Source: Okamejei kenojei
Lineage: Eukaryota
Direction: 5' to 3'
Assembly: GCA_035221665.1 (NCBI GenBank)
Contig: CM069131.1
Coordinates: 49,042,001-49,106,000 of the forward strand
DNA: 64,000 nt
Translations under genes and position numbers: made by a program
In this document: positions 1 through 11,925 of the stretch, one piece after another
Numbering within the stretch: the stretch's first letter is position 1
How the letters are laid out: the number at the start of each line of letters is the position of its first letter
The notes under the pieces: model-generated
Seen by the model: only the letters and a program-made list of their open reading frames with translations
Told to the model about the DNA's origin: nothing
The model's database searches: none

Positions 1-110
1 GTCAGGAGAATGGGGTTGAGAAAGAAAGATAAATCAGCCATGATTGAAGGGCAGAGTAGCCTTGATGGGTCGAATGGCTTAATTCTGCTCCTGTGACTTA
101 TGAATTCATG
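1..110 (+). mobile_element. CR1-type LINE 3' end fragment
   Basis: Has the 3' UTR motif (tcagccatgattgaa...gaatggc.taattctgctcct) seen at other CR1 ends here, e.g. 39930-39995. Confidence 0.7.
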
Positions 111-407
111 AATAAATAAAAAGCCCAATTTAGTGTAAAAAAAACCCAAAGCTCTTCTGGTAACCCTTCCCCACAGAGATTTTGCAATGGCTGTTTTGGG
201 CTTTGGTGTGTTTATCAGCATTCTACACCACATCTTGGAATTTGCCAGTCAGCAGCATTCATTTGCAGAGTTCTCCTTACTCTGGAAAGACCAGATCTGG
301 GCAGGGTCTCCTTTATTCCTCCTCAGGAGCATGATGTTTGTCTCACTGTGTGTCCCCTGGCGAAACATCTGCAGATCCCAGACCAAGAGTCAAGAGAAGG
401 ACTCGCC

Positions 408-880
408 CCTCCGTAACTCCCTGGGCACTATTGCAGCCACAAGAAATGCTACACTTGTCGCTTTACCTTCCCATTCAAGGACCCAAGCAGTCATTTCAGG
501 TGCGACAGAGGTTCACCTGCACCTCCTCCAACCTCATCTATTGCATCCGCAGCTCTAGATGTCAGCTGACCTACATCGGTGAGACCAAGCGTAGGCTTGG
601 CAATCACTTCGCCAAACACCTCAGCTCGGTTCGCAATAACCAACCTGATCTCCCGGTGGCTCAGCACTTCAACTCCACCTCCCATTCTGAATCCGTCCTT
701 TCTGTGTTGGGCCTTCTCCATGGTGAGCACCACCGGAAATTGGAGGAGCAGCACCTCATATTTCGCTTGGGCTGTTTATACCCCAGCGGCATGAACATTG
801 ACTTCTCCAATTTCCGGTAGCCCTTATTGTCTCCTTCCCTTCTCAGCTCTCCCTCAGCCCTCTGGCTCCTCCTCTTCCTT
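408..880 (+). mobile_element. Penelope-like element 3' fragment (GIY-YIG endonuclease)
   Basis: ORF 338..820 contains FTCTSSNLIYCIRSSRCQLTYIGETKRRL...H and EQHLIFRLG...GMN, the Penelope GIY-YIG/CCHH signature, followed by a CT-rich tail. Confidence 0.85.
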
Positions 881-1099
881 TCTTCTTCGCGCGCCGCCTC
901 CGCGCCCCACCCTACAACTGAATTAGAGTTTTGTCTGAGATAGATTCTAATAGAGCATTGTCTACCTTCTTTCCAGCATCTGTTCCTTCTTAAACAAGAT
1001 TAGATGCTGCAATACAGAACGGGAGATAAAGTTCAGTGTATCTATAGACCATAGGGCATACGTACACAATAAATAACAGATAAAGTGCAATAGGTGTAA

Positions 1100-2345
1100 A
1101 TAGACTGTTATTGTTCAGAGCTTATTTGTTGTTGTGTTTAATAGCCTGATGGCTGTGGGGAAAAAGCTGTTCCTGAACCTGGATGTTAAAGATTTCAGGC
1201 TCCTGCACCTTCTTCCCGATGGCAACGAAGAGATGAGTGCGTGGGCAGGTTGGTGTGGGTCTTTTTGATGATGTTCGCAGCCTTTTTGAAGCAGCAACTG
1301 TGATAGATCCCTTCGATGGTGGGAGGTCAGAGCCAGTGATGGACTGGGCAGTGTTCACAACTTTCTGCAGTCTTTTCCGCTCCTGGACGTTCAGGTGGCC
1401 ATACCAGGCCATGATGCAGCCAGTCAGTATGCTCTCTACTGTGCACCTGTAGAAGTTCGAGGGAGTCCTCCCTGACATACCGACTCTCCGTAATCTTCTC
1501 AGGAAGTAGAGGCGCTGATGTGCCTTTCTTTATAATTGCATCAGTGTTCTGGTCCAGAAAGGATCTTCGGAAATATTTTGCACGCCCAGGAATTTGAGGT
1601 TTTTTGTTTTTGCCCCTTTCCACCATTGTCCCGTTAATATAAATGGGATTGTGGGTCCCTATCCTTCCCCTTCCGAAGTCCACAATCAGTTCCTTGGTGT
1701 TGCTGGTGTTGAGAGCCAGGTTATTGTGCTGGCACCATTTGGTCAATCGGTCGATCTCACTTCTATACTCTGACTCATCACCATCTGTGATTCGTCCCAC
1801 AACAGTGGTGTCGTCGGCGAACTTGATGATGGAATTCGCACTATATCCGGCTACACTGTCGTGCGTATAGGGGGCTGGGGGCTGAGCACGCAGCCTTGAG
1901 GTGCTCCCATGCTGATTGTTATCGAGGATGACACATTTCCACCAATACGGACAGAGTGTGGTCTGTGGAAGAGGAAGTCAAGGATCCAATTGCAGAGGGA
2001 TGGACAGAGACCCAGATCCGTGAGCTTGGTAACCAGCTTGGAGGGGATAATAGTATTAAACGCCGAGCTGTAGTCTATGAACAACAGCCTGACATACAAG
2101 TTTTTGTTGTCCGAGTGGTCCAGAGCAGAGTGGAGAGCCCGTGAGATCGCATCGACTGTTGATCTGTTGTGGCGGTAAGCGAACTGCAGTGGGTCGAGGT
2201 TCTTGTCTTGGTAGGAGTTGATATGCGCCATAATCAACCTCTCGAAGCACTTCATCACCATAGACATTAGTGTCACTGGTCAATAGTTATTGAGGGACAT
2301 CACCTTACTCTTCTTGGGCCCTGGTATTATTGATGTCCTTTTAAA
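1100..2345 (-). mobile_element. Rex1/Babar-clade non-LTR retrotransposon, 5'-truncated, frameshifted RT
   Basis: Minus-strand ORFs give [59 protein letters not shown] and FRNSFFPTAIRLLN. Confidence 0.88.
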
Positions 2346-2634
2346 GCAGAGTCCTCGGTTGTACCACTGTTCGGGGTGAAACTCCGCAAGGATTATGTTC
2401 ATGAGGCGGTGTGCCATCATCTCATCCACGCTGCAGCCATCTCAGGGGTAGCACGCAGCAGGAGTGAGACTCAGGCTCTGCAGGAAGGATTTGATGGAGG
2501 TGGCACCTCTCACTGCCTGCCAAGTGAGAAATGCCTGAAGATGGGTCCCAACACAAAAGGTAACTCATCCACATTTCCTATAGATGCTTCCTGAGCCCAC
2601 AGAGTTCTACATGCTGTCCAATCAAATCAGATAA

Positions 2635-3007
2635 TCTATATTACTAAAAGTCTGATCTTGACTGCTTTTGGTTCGCTGTGCTGTGATTTCCAAGAAAATT
2701 TCGCCACCTACGGCCGTCATTTTTGGCCACCTCGCTCAGAGCCCCCCTCCGCCTTCCTGGACTGGAGGATTTTTCCCATCGATGATAGATCAGAGAGATA
2801 TATATTTTTTAATTTATTGCCATTCTCTCTGCTGCCCCTGCTGGTGGGAGGGGGAGGGACTATAAAACCCGGAAGTGGTGTGCCTCAGTTCCCCCCCCCC
2901 CCCCCCCCCACTGGCCACCATTGGAATTGGTGGAGAAATGGAATATTGCGTCGGGGGACCAGCCCTCCCGTGTGAACATGGGACCCAACGGGTCCCACTT
3001 AGTCTAG
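2635..3007 (+). mobile_element. Short non-autonomous Helitron-like element, both ends intact
   Basis: 5' A|TCTATATTAC. 3' hairpin TGGGACCC-AAC-GGGTCCCA (2979-2997), then CTAG (3004-3007)|T. Inserted between A and T with no TSD. Confidence 0.8.
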
Positions 3008-3249
3008 TACTATATATAAATACCAATCAAGCCACACTCAAGTACAATAGCTTAAACTATACAGCAAAAGGTAAAAAAGACAAGAGTGCAGATTATAGTT
3101 CTCAGCTGTGGAGCACAACGGTTCTGTGTACAATGATGTGCAATGTCCGCAATGTGGTAGAGGACCATCAGGCAGTACCCGAGCTTACGAAAAGACCGTT
3201 GAGAAGCCTGATAATACCTGATAATAGATTTTACTTTTAGACTTTGGAC

Positions 3250-3522
3250 TTTAGAGATACAGTGTGGAAATAGGCCATTCGGCACACTGAGCACACCAGC
3301 CGGCAATCACTCCACACACACACCAAATCAGCACACTAACCCACCAACACACGGAGAGCAAATTTACAAATTTTATTTCTGACGCCCAATTAACCTACAA
3401 ACCTGTACATCTTTGGTTGGGGGTGTTGCAAAAACTGGAGCACTCTGGAGAAAAACCCACGTGGTCACAGGGAGAAAACGCATAAAAACCAACTCCTGTC
3501 CTGTATTTTAGTCAGGATCGAA
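3250..3522 (-). mobile_element. tRNA-derived HE1/V-SINE-type SINE (degraded)
   Basis: Matches the other copies (agatacag..ggaaa.aggcc; aattaacctacaaacct; ggtcacagggagaa; gtcaggatcgaa). Confidence 0.7.
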
Positions 3523-3539
3523 ATGAACACTACTTTCTA

Positions 3540-5236
3540 TAACAAACTGAAAAACACGCACCACGCACCACCCCACACCCCACTTAAACAACTGAAAAAA
3601 AACTACTGAACCACTTCTTAAAACCTTTCCCCTACCCCCTTTCTCCCCCGTAAAAAATAAACCCTTTATTTTTCCCTTCCTTCCCTCTCCACCACCCCCT
3701 CTCCATCTCCCTCCTCACCCCTCTCCCCCTCTCTCCTCCCCCCTCCTCCTCCCACCACCATCCCTCTCTCCCCACACCCCTTCCCGTCCTCCAAACTCAC
3801 CCCCCCCCCTTACCTCTCGATCCACCTTCCTCCCTCCCCCCCCCTCTCTCCACCCACTTCCTCTCCCTCCACACTCTTCCTCTCCCCCTCCCTCCACACT
3901 CTTCTCCTCCCGCTCTCCCTTCCCTCGCTTCACGGCCCTATAATTCCCCCCCTTCGCCCTACCCCCATCCCCGTCGTTCCCTCCCCCTCCCCCCCCCCCC
4001 TCACCCCCACATGCTTTCTCCCACACACACCTCTCGGAGCCTCCCCCCTCCCCACCCTCCACCCCCCTCTCACCTGAAATACCTCTCCTCTCTCCTCCCT
4101 TCTCGCCTCTCCTCCTCCATCTCCATCTCATCTCCCCTCGTTCCTCACCCTCTCTCCTCCTCCCAGACCATTCCCCCTCCCCCCCCCTGCCCCCACCCTC
4201 CTTCCTCTCTCCCCACCGCCTCCCCACACATCCCCTTCCCTCCTCTCTCCTCACCACTAGTCATATCCCAAAGCCCTTTCCACGCCGCCCTCTCATCTAA
4301 CATCCTCTCTGTCCCTCTTCCCCCACTCCTCCCCTACCCTCCCCCCGCTCCGTCCCTCTCCCTCTCCGACTCCACTCCACCCTTCCCTCTACCATCACCC
4401 CTCCCGCCTCACTGTCTTCACCTCCTCACCCCCTCATAGCTTCTACTTCCATCCCCACCTCTCTTCACTTCTTCTCCCCCTCTCCCCCCTCAACAACCAC
4501 CTCGTCCACACAAACCCACCTCTCTTCTAAACCACTCCCTCACCTCTCACCCCTACTCCCCCACCGCTCAACCACCGAACTTCCTCCCCACCTCCCCCCA
4601 CCAAACTTCCCAATCCACTCTCTTCCCTCTCTGCCCCCACTTCCTAAAGCCCACTCCCTCTCATCCCCTACACCTCCTCACTCCCCTCACGACACACCTT
4701 TCCAACCTACCCTACTCTCCCACACCCTCCACCACATATCCACCCCTCCCTCAACCGCTCCCCACTCCTTCTCCCCCTCCATCCTCCACCCAGACCACCC
4801 ACTCCCCCCTACCCCCACTCCTCTCTCTGTCCCTCCACGCCTCCCCCTACCCTCCCCACACTCCTCTTATACCCCTCACCCCCTCCCCATCTCCTTCCCC
4901 ACTCTTCCCTCCCACCCCCCCTTCCCTCGTCACTCCCCACATCCTCTTCCCCCTCTCCCCTCCCTTGCTCCCTCTCTTCCCCATTTCTCTCCCCCTCACT
5001 CCCCCCCTTACCACTCACCTCCCTTCCACAAACTTCCCCCCCCTCCCCTCCCCCTCCCTTCCTCACCTCCCTCCCCTCCCTCCCCTCCCTCTCCTCCGCT
5101 CCCTCCCTCCTCCCCCCTTCCTCCTCTCTAGTTAGCGTGTGTACAGGTGGTCCTTAGGTTGTGACGCCTCATGGCTGCCCCCCCCCGCCGCAACCGCATG
5201 TTAAGGGAACAGACCCAATGGTCTGCACTTATCTAG
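3540..5236 (+). mobile_element. Helitron-like unit A with long C/T-rich tract (5' end ill-defined)
   Basis: About 1.5 kb of C/T-rich sequence ending ccgcaaccgcatgtt..gggaaCAGACC-caat-GGTCTGcacttatCTAG|T (CTAG 5233-5236). Confidence 0.65.
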
Positions 5237-5249
5237 TATACTATTTAAA

Positions 5250-5252
<3 letters not shown>

Positions 5253-5301
<49 letters not shown>

Positions 5302-5341
5302 TGTGTGTGTGTTGTGTGTTGTGTGTGTGTGTGTGTGTGTG
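5253..5341. repeat. (TG)n microsatellite in the 5' part of the Helitron-like unit
   Basis: Read directly; a degenerate equivalent is at 11095-11170. Confidence 0.95.
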
Positions 5342-5381
5342 ACGCCGTGTGATTTGTCTTGTGGGTGTATGTGGGTGTATG

Positions 5382-8300
5382 ACTTTTTAGGAACCTGGAG
5401 CAGCAAAAAAGCTCGAGACCTCCGTCCCTCCTCAGGGAAGTGAGGAGTAAATAAGAGAGCACAGGGAGGTAGTCACACCCAGAACACAGTAGTAGACAAG
5501 TGGGTCCACGGTTAGGAACGACGTCAAGGGACAGAGGCCTGGCTAGAGAGTACCCCTGTGAACCGTAACTCCTGAAAATAGTACTCAGATTTGAGTAACG
5601 ATTGGAGGGGACAGCCTAGCTGGGGCACTAACAGCAGCCGGGCCTCCGGCACAGAGGACCGGTCCTGACTCAGAAAGGGTAGCAAAAAGAGAGGGCAATT
5701 GTAAAGGGGACTCTATAGATAGGGGGTCGGAATGGCGATTCTGTAGAGCGCAGTCGGGAGACCCGATGGTAGTTGCCTCCCTGGTGCCAGTGTCTCGCAT
5801 GTGTCAGAACGTGACAAACGATTCGATAAGGGAGGGAAGAGGACCTGATGTTGTGTACACATAGGTAACTCAATGACATAGGCAGGAAAAGTGTATGAGT
5901 CCTAGAAAGGGAGAAATTATAGGGAGTTGTGGGGGAAAGTTAAGGAGAAGGACCAAGGGTAAGCGATTTCAGATAACTGCCTGTGCCGCGTGACATGGGA
6001 GTAGGAATGAAATTGAGTGGAGGATAAATGCGTGGCTGAGGGACTGGTGCCAGTGGCTAGGTGATTCCAAGTTTCTTGATCACTGGGACCTCTTATGGGG
6101 AAGGCATGATGTGTACACAAAGGACGTTTGCCTTGAGCCCGAGGGGGACCAATAACCAGGCAGGAAGAGTTGCAAGAAGCTACTGGGGAAGACTTTAAAC
6201 AGAAAGGCTGGGGAGGGACTCGGGTAAGGGGGCTAGGGTCAGGGTGTGGGGCAAGGGCATAGAAGGGAAACACTTCTCGGATCCAAAAGTAGTAGGCGAG
6301 AAAGATGAAAAAAGATAATAACTGAGAATAAGGGATGTGGTTTTCTAAAATTTATATTTTAGATGCTAGGAGCATTGTAAGTAAGGTGACGAACTTAGAT
6401 CCTGGATTGACCACCTGGAAAATATGATGTTGTTGGCAAACAGTGAAACATGGATTGCAGAGGCTGGATTTGGAAACTAAAAAATGATTCCAGATTTCGT
6501 TGCTTCAGTGTGAAGAATTGAGGACAGGAAGGGGAGGTGGTTGCATGCTGTGTCAGAGAAGAGATATTACTGCAGTGCTTTTCGAGGATAGATTAGGTAA
6601 GAGGGCTCGTCTAGGAGGCTATTTGGGTGGAACGCTGAGAATTGGGAATGGTGTGGCTAAAACTTTTAGGGGTGTATTATAGACCGCCAAAATGGGGAAG
6701 CGTGAATGGAAGAGCAAATATGTAGGAATAGCAGATATTAGTAGTAAGCACAAAGTAGTATTTGTGGAGATTTCAATTTTCCAAAAATAGACTGGAAATC
6801 ACATCTGTAAATGGCTGATGTTTGGAGTTTGTAAAATGTGTGCAGGATATTTTTTTGCCCGCATACATAGAGGTATCGACGCAAGAAGGGGGCAGTGCTC
6901 GGAGCCTCCTGTAGGAAATGAGGGCAGGTCAGGTGCGGAGGTAGCCGTTGTGAGCACTTCGGGACCAGTGTCACAATACCATTAGTTTCAATATAATTTG
7001 TAGAGAGTCAGAACTTGACCTAGGTAAGATTTATGATTGAGAAAGGCAAACATTAAGGGAATGACTAAGTATTATTAAAGATGACTTGGGAACTGCCTTT
7101 GTTTCATGGGAAGGATTTTAGAAAGAAATGAGGACATTTAAAGGGGAAATTGTTAGAGTACAGAATCTTTATGCCCCTGTTAGGTTTGAAAGGAAATAGT
7201 AAATAAATTGGAAAAGATCATGATTTCAAGGGAACTGGAACACTTTGTTTTCGAAAAAAATAAGATATCTACAATAATTATAAGGCATGGAGTAAATGAA
7301 GGTGCTAGGAGGAGTATAAAGAAAGTAAAAAGAATCTTAAGAAAGAATTAGGAAGGTCTACAAGAAGATATGATGTTACGTTGGCGCGGGCAAGAAAGGT
7401 GAAAGCATCAACCCATAAGGGTTTCTACAGTTCTAAGAATTAATAGCAACAAGATAACATGAGATTAAAATTGGAACCATATAATAACCAGAATTGGTGA
7501 TGACAGCTATCTGCTAGATGCCAAAAGAGAAGGGGAGATCTTGAACAATATCTTTCATCGTAATCACCAGAGAAAGATATTAACCGTGAGTTAAGGGAAC
7601 ATAGTAGAGTAGCCATACTGGAAACTATGAGTATTCAAAGAGTGAAGGAGAGTACTGACACTTTCGAAAAAATAGAAAGGTGGATAATTCTCCAGGTCCC
7701 AGACAGATATTCCCTAGAACATTTGAGGGAATTTAGTATAGAAATAGCAAGTGAGCTATGAAGAAATATTTCAAATGTCATTAACACGGAATAGTGCCGG
7801 AGGCTTGCGTACTTCCATGTTGTTTCCATTGTTGTAAAAAGGGGTTCAAAGAATAAACCTAGCAATTAACGACCTAATAGTTTGACGTCATGGTGGCAAA
7901 TTAATGGAAAGGATAACTATAGAAAAATAAATATGCATCTGGATAAACGCAAGGGTCTGAATCAGGAATCGTCCAAACAAATTGGGATTTGTGCGCCATG
8001 GAAAGTCATAGTTTAGACCCACAAACGTTCTTGATTTTGTGAAGCGGTAACTAGGGAAATTGGATGAGGGTAAAGCAGTGATGTCGTCTATAAATGATTT
8101 TCAATAAGTCCTTTAGACAAGGTTGCCCCATGGAATGTTTGTGTTACAGAAGGATCAATCTTTGGGTTTTAATGCGAGTTAAGCAAGAGTGGATTTCAAC
8201 AGTGGCTGGAACGGGAATGTCAAAGAGTAATGGTGATGGTGTTTGTTCAGGTTTGGAAAGCCGGGAACAGTGGGGTGCCTCAGGTATCTGTGTTGGGTCC

Positions 8301-9311
8301 ACTGTTGTGTCATGTACATCAATGATCTGGATTAATCGTGAAAATTAGGAGAAGTAATATCAATGATACTAAGATAGTGGTTTGTGTGATAAGAAGTAGA
8401 TTCAACGAGTCTACTGAGAGATTTGGTACAATGGAGATGTGGGCTGAAAGAGCAAGATGGAGTTTAATGCTGATTCAAGTTTGAAGTGCTACATCTTGGT
8501 CAGACAAATCAAAATAGGACGTACATGTAAATGGTCAGGGAAATGATGAATGCTGTGAACAAGGGATAAGGAAAAAAACTATGAGGCATAGTTATCCCTG
8601 AAGTTGAATCGCAGTAGAAAGGTGGTAAAGAAAGCCTTGTGTGCTGCCCATTGTAGTAAATCAAGCATTGAATTAGGATTAGGGAAGTAATGTTAAAATT
8701 GTACAAGGGCATTGTTAGACCATTCGAGTATTGTGTAACAATTTTGGAGGTCCGACCTAGTTAAGAAGATGTCAAAAAATAGAGAGAGTACAAGGAGATT
8801 TACTAGAATATGCCAGGGTTTCCAGCAACTATGGTTACCGAGAAAGTTGAACAGAGTATAGGTCTATCTATCTTGTGAGCGCATAAGCAAAGTTAAGTGG
8901 TCTTGATTGAGGTCTTTAAAATGATGAAAGGGATAGACAGCGTTGACGTGGAACGTTTTTTCCCCATTGAGGTAGGGAAATCTCAAACACGGAAAGGGCA
9001 AATGACACATGAGAAATTAAAGGACAGAGGTTTTCGTGGTAACTGAGAGGGGGAACACCTTTAACTCAGAGGGTGGTGGCTGTGTGGAATGACTTTCCAA
9101 CATAGGTGGTGGAGGCAGGATCGATTTTATCATTTAAGAGTAAATTGGATAGTATAAGTACGTGAGGGAATGGAAGGGGTATTGGGTCTGAGTGCAGTTA
9201 GAATGGACTAGGGAAAACACACTGGTCGGCACGGAATACTGGAAGGAGGGCCCGATAGGCCTGTTTCCGTGTGCTGTAATTTTTTATATGTTTGATAATG
9301 GTTATCTGGTA
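5382..9311 (+). mobile_element. CR1 LINE, long copy with ORF1 esterase, endonuclease and RT remnants
   Basis: Remnants of GDSI (ggggactctata), CLPGA (tgcctccctggtgcc) and HIG-ND of the SGNH esterase ORF1; ARSI endonuclease start ~6364; RT and 3' UTR collinear with the cleaner copy 25690-26880; degenerate (ttatatgg)n tail. Confidence 0.85.
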
Positions 9312-11079
9312 ATGTCACGTTCCATTTTTTCTATTTCAGATAAGATTTTTGACCGCCAAAACCAGAAGCTCAAACACACGCCACGATAGTGTTTTTCCAT
9401 TTTGCTAACATTACACATTTACATTCACAAATCGCACTCCTATCATACATTTAGACATTTTTATGTACACAATTTGTTAATAAAATCCTTCCCCCCCCGC
9501 CCCCACAATATTTCAAGAATGTTAAAAAAAAAATCAAACCTGCTCTCACACAGCGAATTGGTGAACGTTCCATTGTGTCCATTCACAATGCCCGTATGCT
9601 CACACATTCCCCAATCGGAATGATTAAATTACATTTGCCATTCCCCAGCCCCCCTTCCCCCGCCTGATGTCGCAGCGCGTTCCATTTGTATGTCACAAAT
9701 GCCTCCCTCACAGATGCCAATCGAATGGATCTCATTTATATATGGCCGTCTTGGCCCCAAGCCCCACCAGCCCCCCCTCCCCCCCGCGCACCTCTCCCCG
9801 TATGCCCCCTCCCTCCACACCTCTTCCCCTCTCTCCCCTTCCCCGTCTCCCTCCTCCCTCCCTCCCTCCTCCCCCCTCTCACACCTCCTCCCCCTCCTCT
9901 CTCCCCCTCACCCACCCACTCTCTCACCCCTCCCCAACCTTCTTTCCCCCCTCCCCCACCACCCCCTTTCCGCCTTCCCCTTCCCCCCTCTCTCACCCTG
10001 TCTCCATCTCCCTCTCCCCTCAAAAAAAAAACCCCCCCTCACTCCTTACGCCACCCTCCTCCACTCCCACCCCCACTCCTCACTCCCCCCCAACCCCTTC
10101 CCCTCTTTCTTCGCACCGACTCCCTGCACCACCCCTCTCCCCCTCACTCCCCACGCTTTTCCCCCGCTCCCTCCCCCTCCCCACCTCTCTGCCCTATCCC
10201 CTTTTCGCTCCCCCTCCTCCCTCCCCCTTCCTCTCTCACCCCCTCAAGCCTCTCTCCCCCCCACTATTGCTCTCTCCTCTCCGTCACCCCTCCCGCTCTC
10301 ACCTCCCCGCCCCCTCTTCCGCCCCCTCTACTCTCACCTCCCCCTCTCCCTTTCTCTCACCCGTTCTTTCTCCCCCACCCCTCTCCTCCTCACCTCCCCC
10401 CTCTATCCTACTCACTCTACCCTCCCCTTTCCCCACTCCCTCTCTACCCCCCTCACTCCACCCTTCCCCCCTCACCCGCTCTACCATGTGTCTATCCCCT
10501 ACCCCTGTCTCCTCCTTACCCTCCCCGTCTCTACTTCCCATCACCCATCCTCAACCCCCTCTCTCTCCCTTCCCCTACCCTCCTCCTCCCCTCGCACACT
10601 CTCCTCCCCACCCCTCTCTCGCCCTGCCCCCCACCTCTCCTCCCCCGCCGACCTCCCCATCTCCCCCTTCTCTCTAATCCCACATCTCCCCCTCCCCACT
10701 CTCTCCCCATCTCCCTCACCCCCTCGCCTCAAACCGACACTCCCCCCCCCCTCACCACACCCATCCCTCCCTCCTCCCCACCATCCCCCTCTCCTCTGTC
10801 CTCTTGCGCCTTCTGTCCTCTCTGCCCTCTCTGCTCTCTCCCCTCCCCACTCTCCTCTGCCCTCATTCTCTAACCCCCCCCCCCCCTCAATGGATGGACG
10901 GTATATGGTGTAGAAAGGATAAAGATTAATAATATTAATTATAATATCATGGGGGGTAGTTAGCATTTGCGGGGGTGGAGTGAGTGTGTGTGTGATGCCT
11001 CATTCTGCCCCCCCCCCCCACCTCAAAACCGCCACGTAGGGGAACAGAACCCTACGGTGGGGTCTGCACTCGGCCCAAG

Positions 11080-11925
11080 TATACTTTTAAAACTGTCGTG
11101 TGTGCGTGTGTTGTATGTTGTGTGTGTGTGTTGTGTTGGCGCGCGTGCGTGCATGCGGGCGTTGTATTGTGGTGTATGTCCACATTCGATTTCCAGATAA
11201 ATTTTTGTAATTTTTGGCCTTTTTGATTCCTTGGTCTGCCAAAAACCACAGACGAAAAAACTCTATATTTTTCAATTCGCTAGCGATTTCGCTTACCTTA
11301 GCAAAACTACTCCACATTACATTAAGCATTGTTTATTAACACATTTTTACTAAAATTTCTTTGCCCCTCCACACATTCACCATTCACATCATTTTTAAAT
11401 CTAAACGGGACCTCACGAGCTACTGCGTCACAATCCCACATGCCGACCAAATCAATCCATTCATCTCTGCTCTCATTTGGCGAAGCCCGGCCCTCCACCC
11501 CCATCCCCAACTACGCTCACGGCCGCGCCCCCCCCACTGGAATATCCCCGCAGCCTGCCCGCACCAACACCCCCCCCCCCTAACTACCCCCTTAATTATA
11601 TTAATATTATTAATTTAGGAATGGGGGAGGTGATGAGAAGAGAGTGTGGGAATAGAGGAGAGAGTGGGGTGATACGGAGTGGGGAATAGATGGACTGCCC
11701 ATCACCCCTCCCCCTCCTCCCACCCTCTTCCCCTCTCTCCCCCTTACCCCATCTCCCTCCTGGCCCTATCCTCCTCCCCCCCTACCACCCTCCGCTAATT
11801 AATAATAATAATATAATATCCAAGGGGTAGTTAGTGTGGGGGTGTTAGTGTGTGTGGCGCCCCTCACGCACCCCCAGCAAACACTCGTTGGGGGAACAGA
11901 CCCAACGGGTCTGCACTTGGTCTAG
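11080..11925 (+). mobile_element. Helitron-like unit C (shorter), end of the tandem array
   Basis: Starts tatacttttaaaact-(GT)n; ends CAGACCC-AAC-GGGTCTG (11897-11913) cacttggt CTAG (11922-11925)|T. Confidence 0.75.

Larger units (their letters stand above)
5237..11079 (+). mobile_element. Helitron-like unit B, interrupted by a CR1
   Basis: Starts tatactatttaaaact-(GT)n-gtcttgtgggtgtatg and resumes at 9312 atgtcacgttcc, collinear with the copy at 19380. Polypyrimidine tract ~9770-10890; degenerate terminal hairpin 11045-11066. Confidence 0.7.

Noticed and set aside
187-407. 123-aa hydrophobic ORF at the window start
   Set aside because: No recognisable family; its 3' half is an alternate frame of the Penelope fragment and no convincing splice sites were seen.
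9667-10913. Long Pro/Ser/Leu-rich ORFs (336-407 aa; also 19963..21507, 514 aa, and Gly/Arg/Glu-rich antisense ORFs)
   Set aside because: Open in several frames only because C/T tracts lack stop codons; they lie inside Helitron-like repeats.
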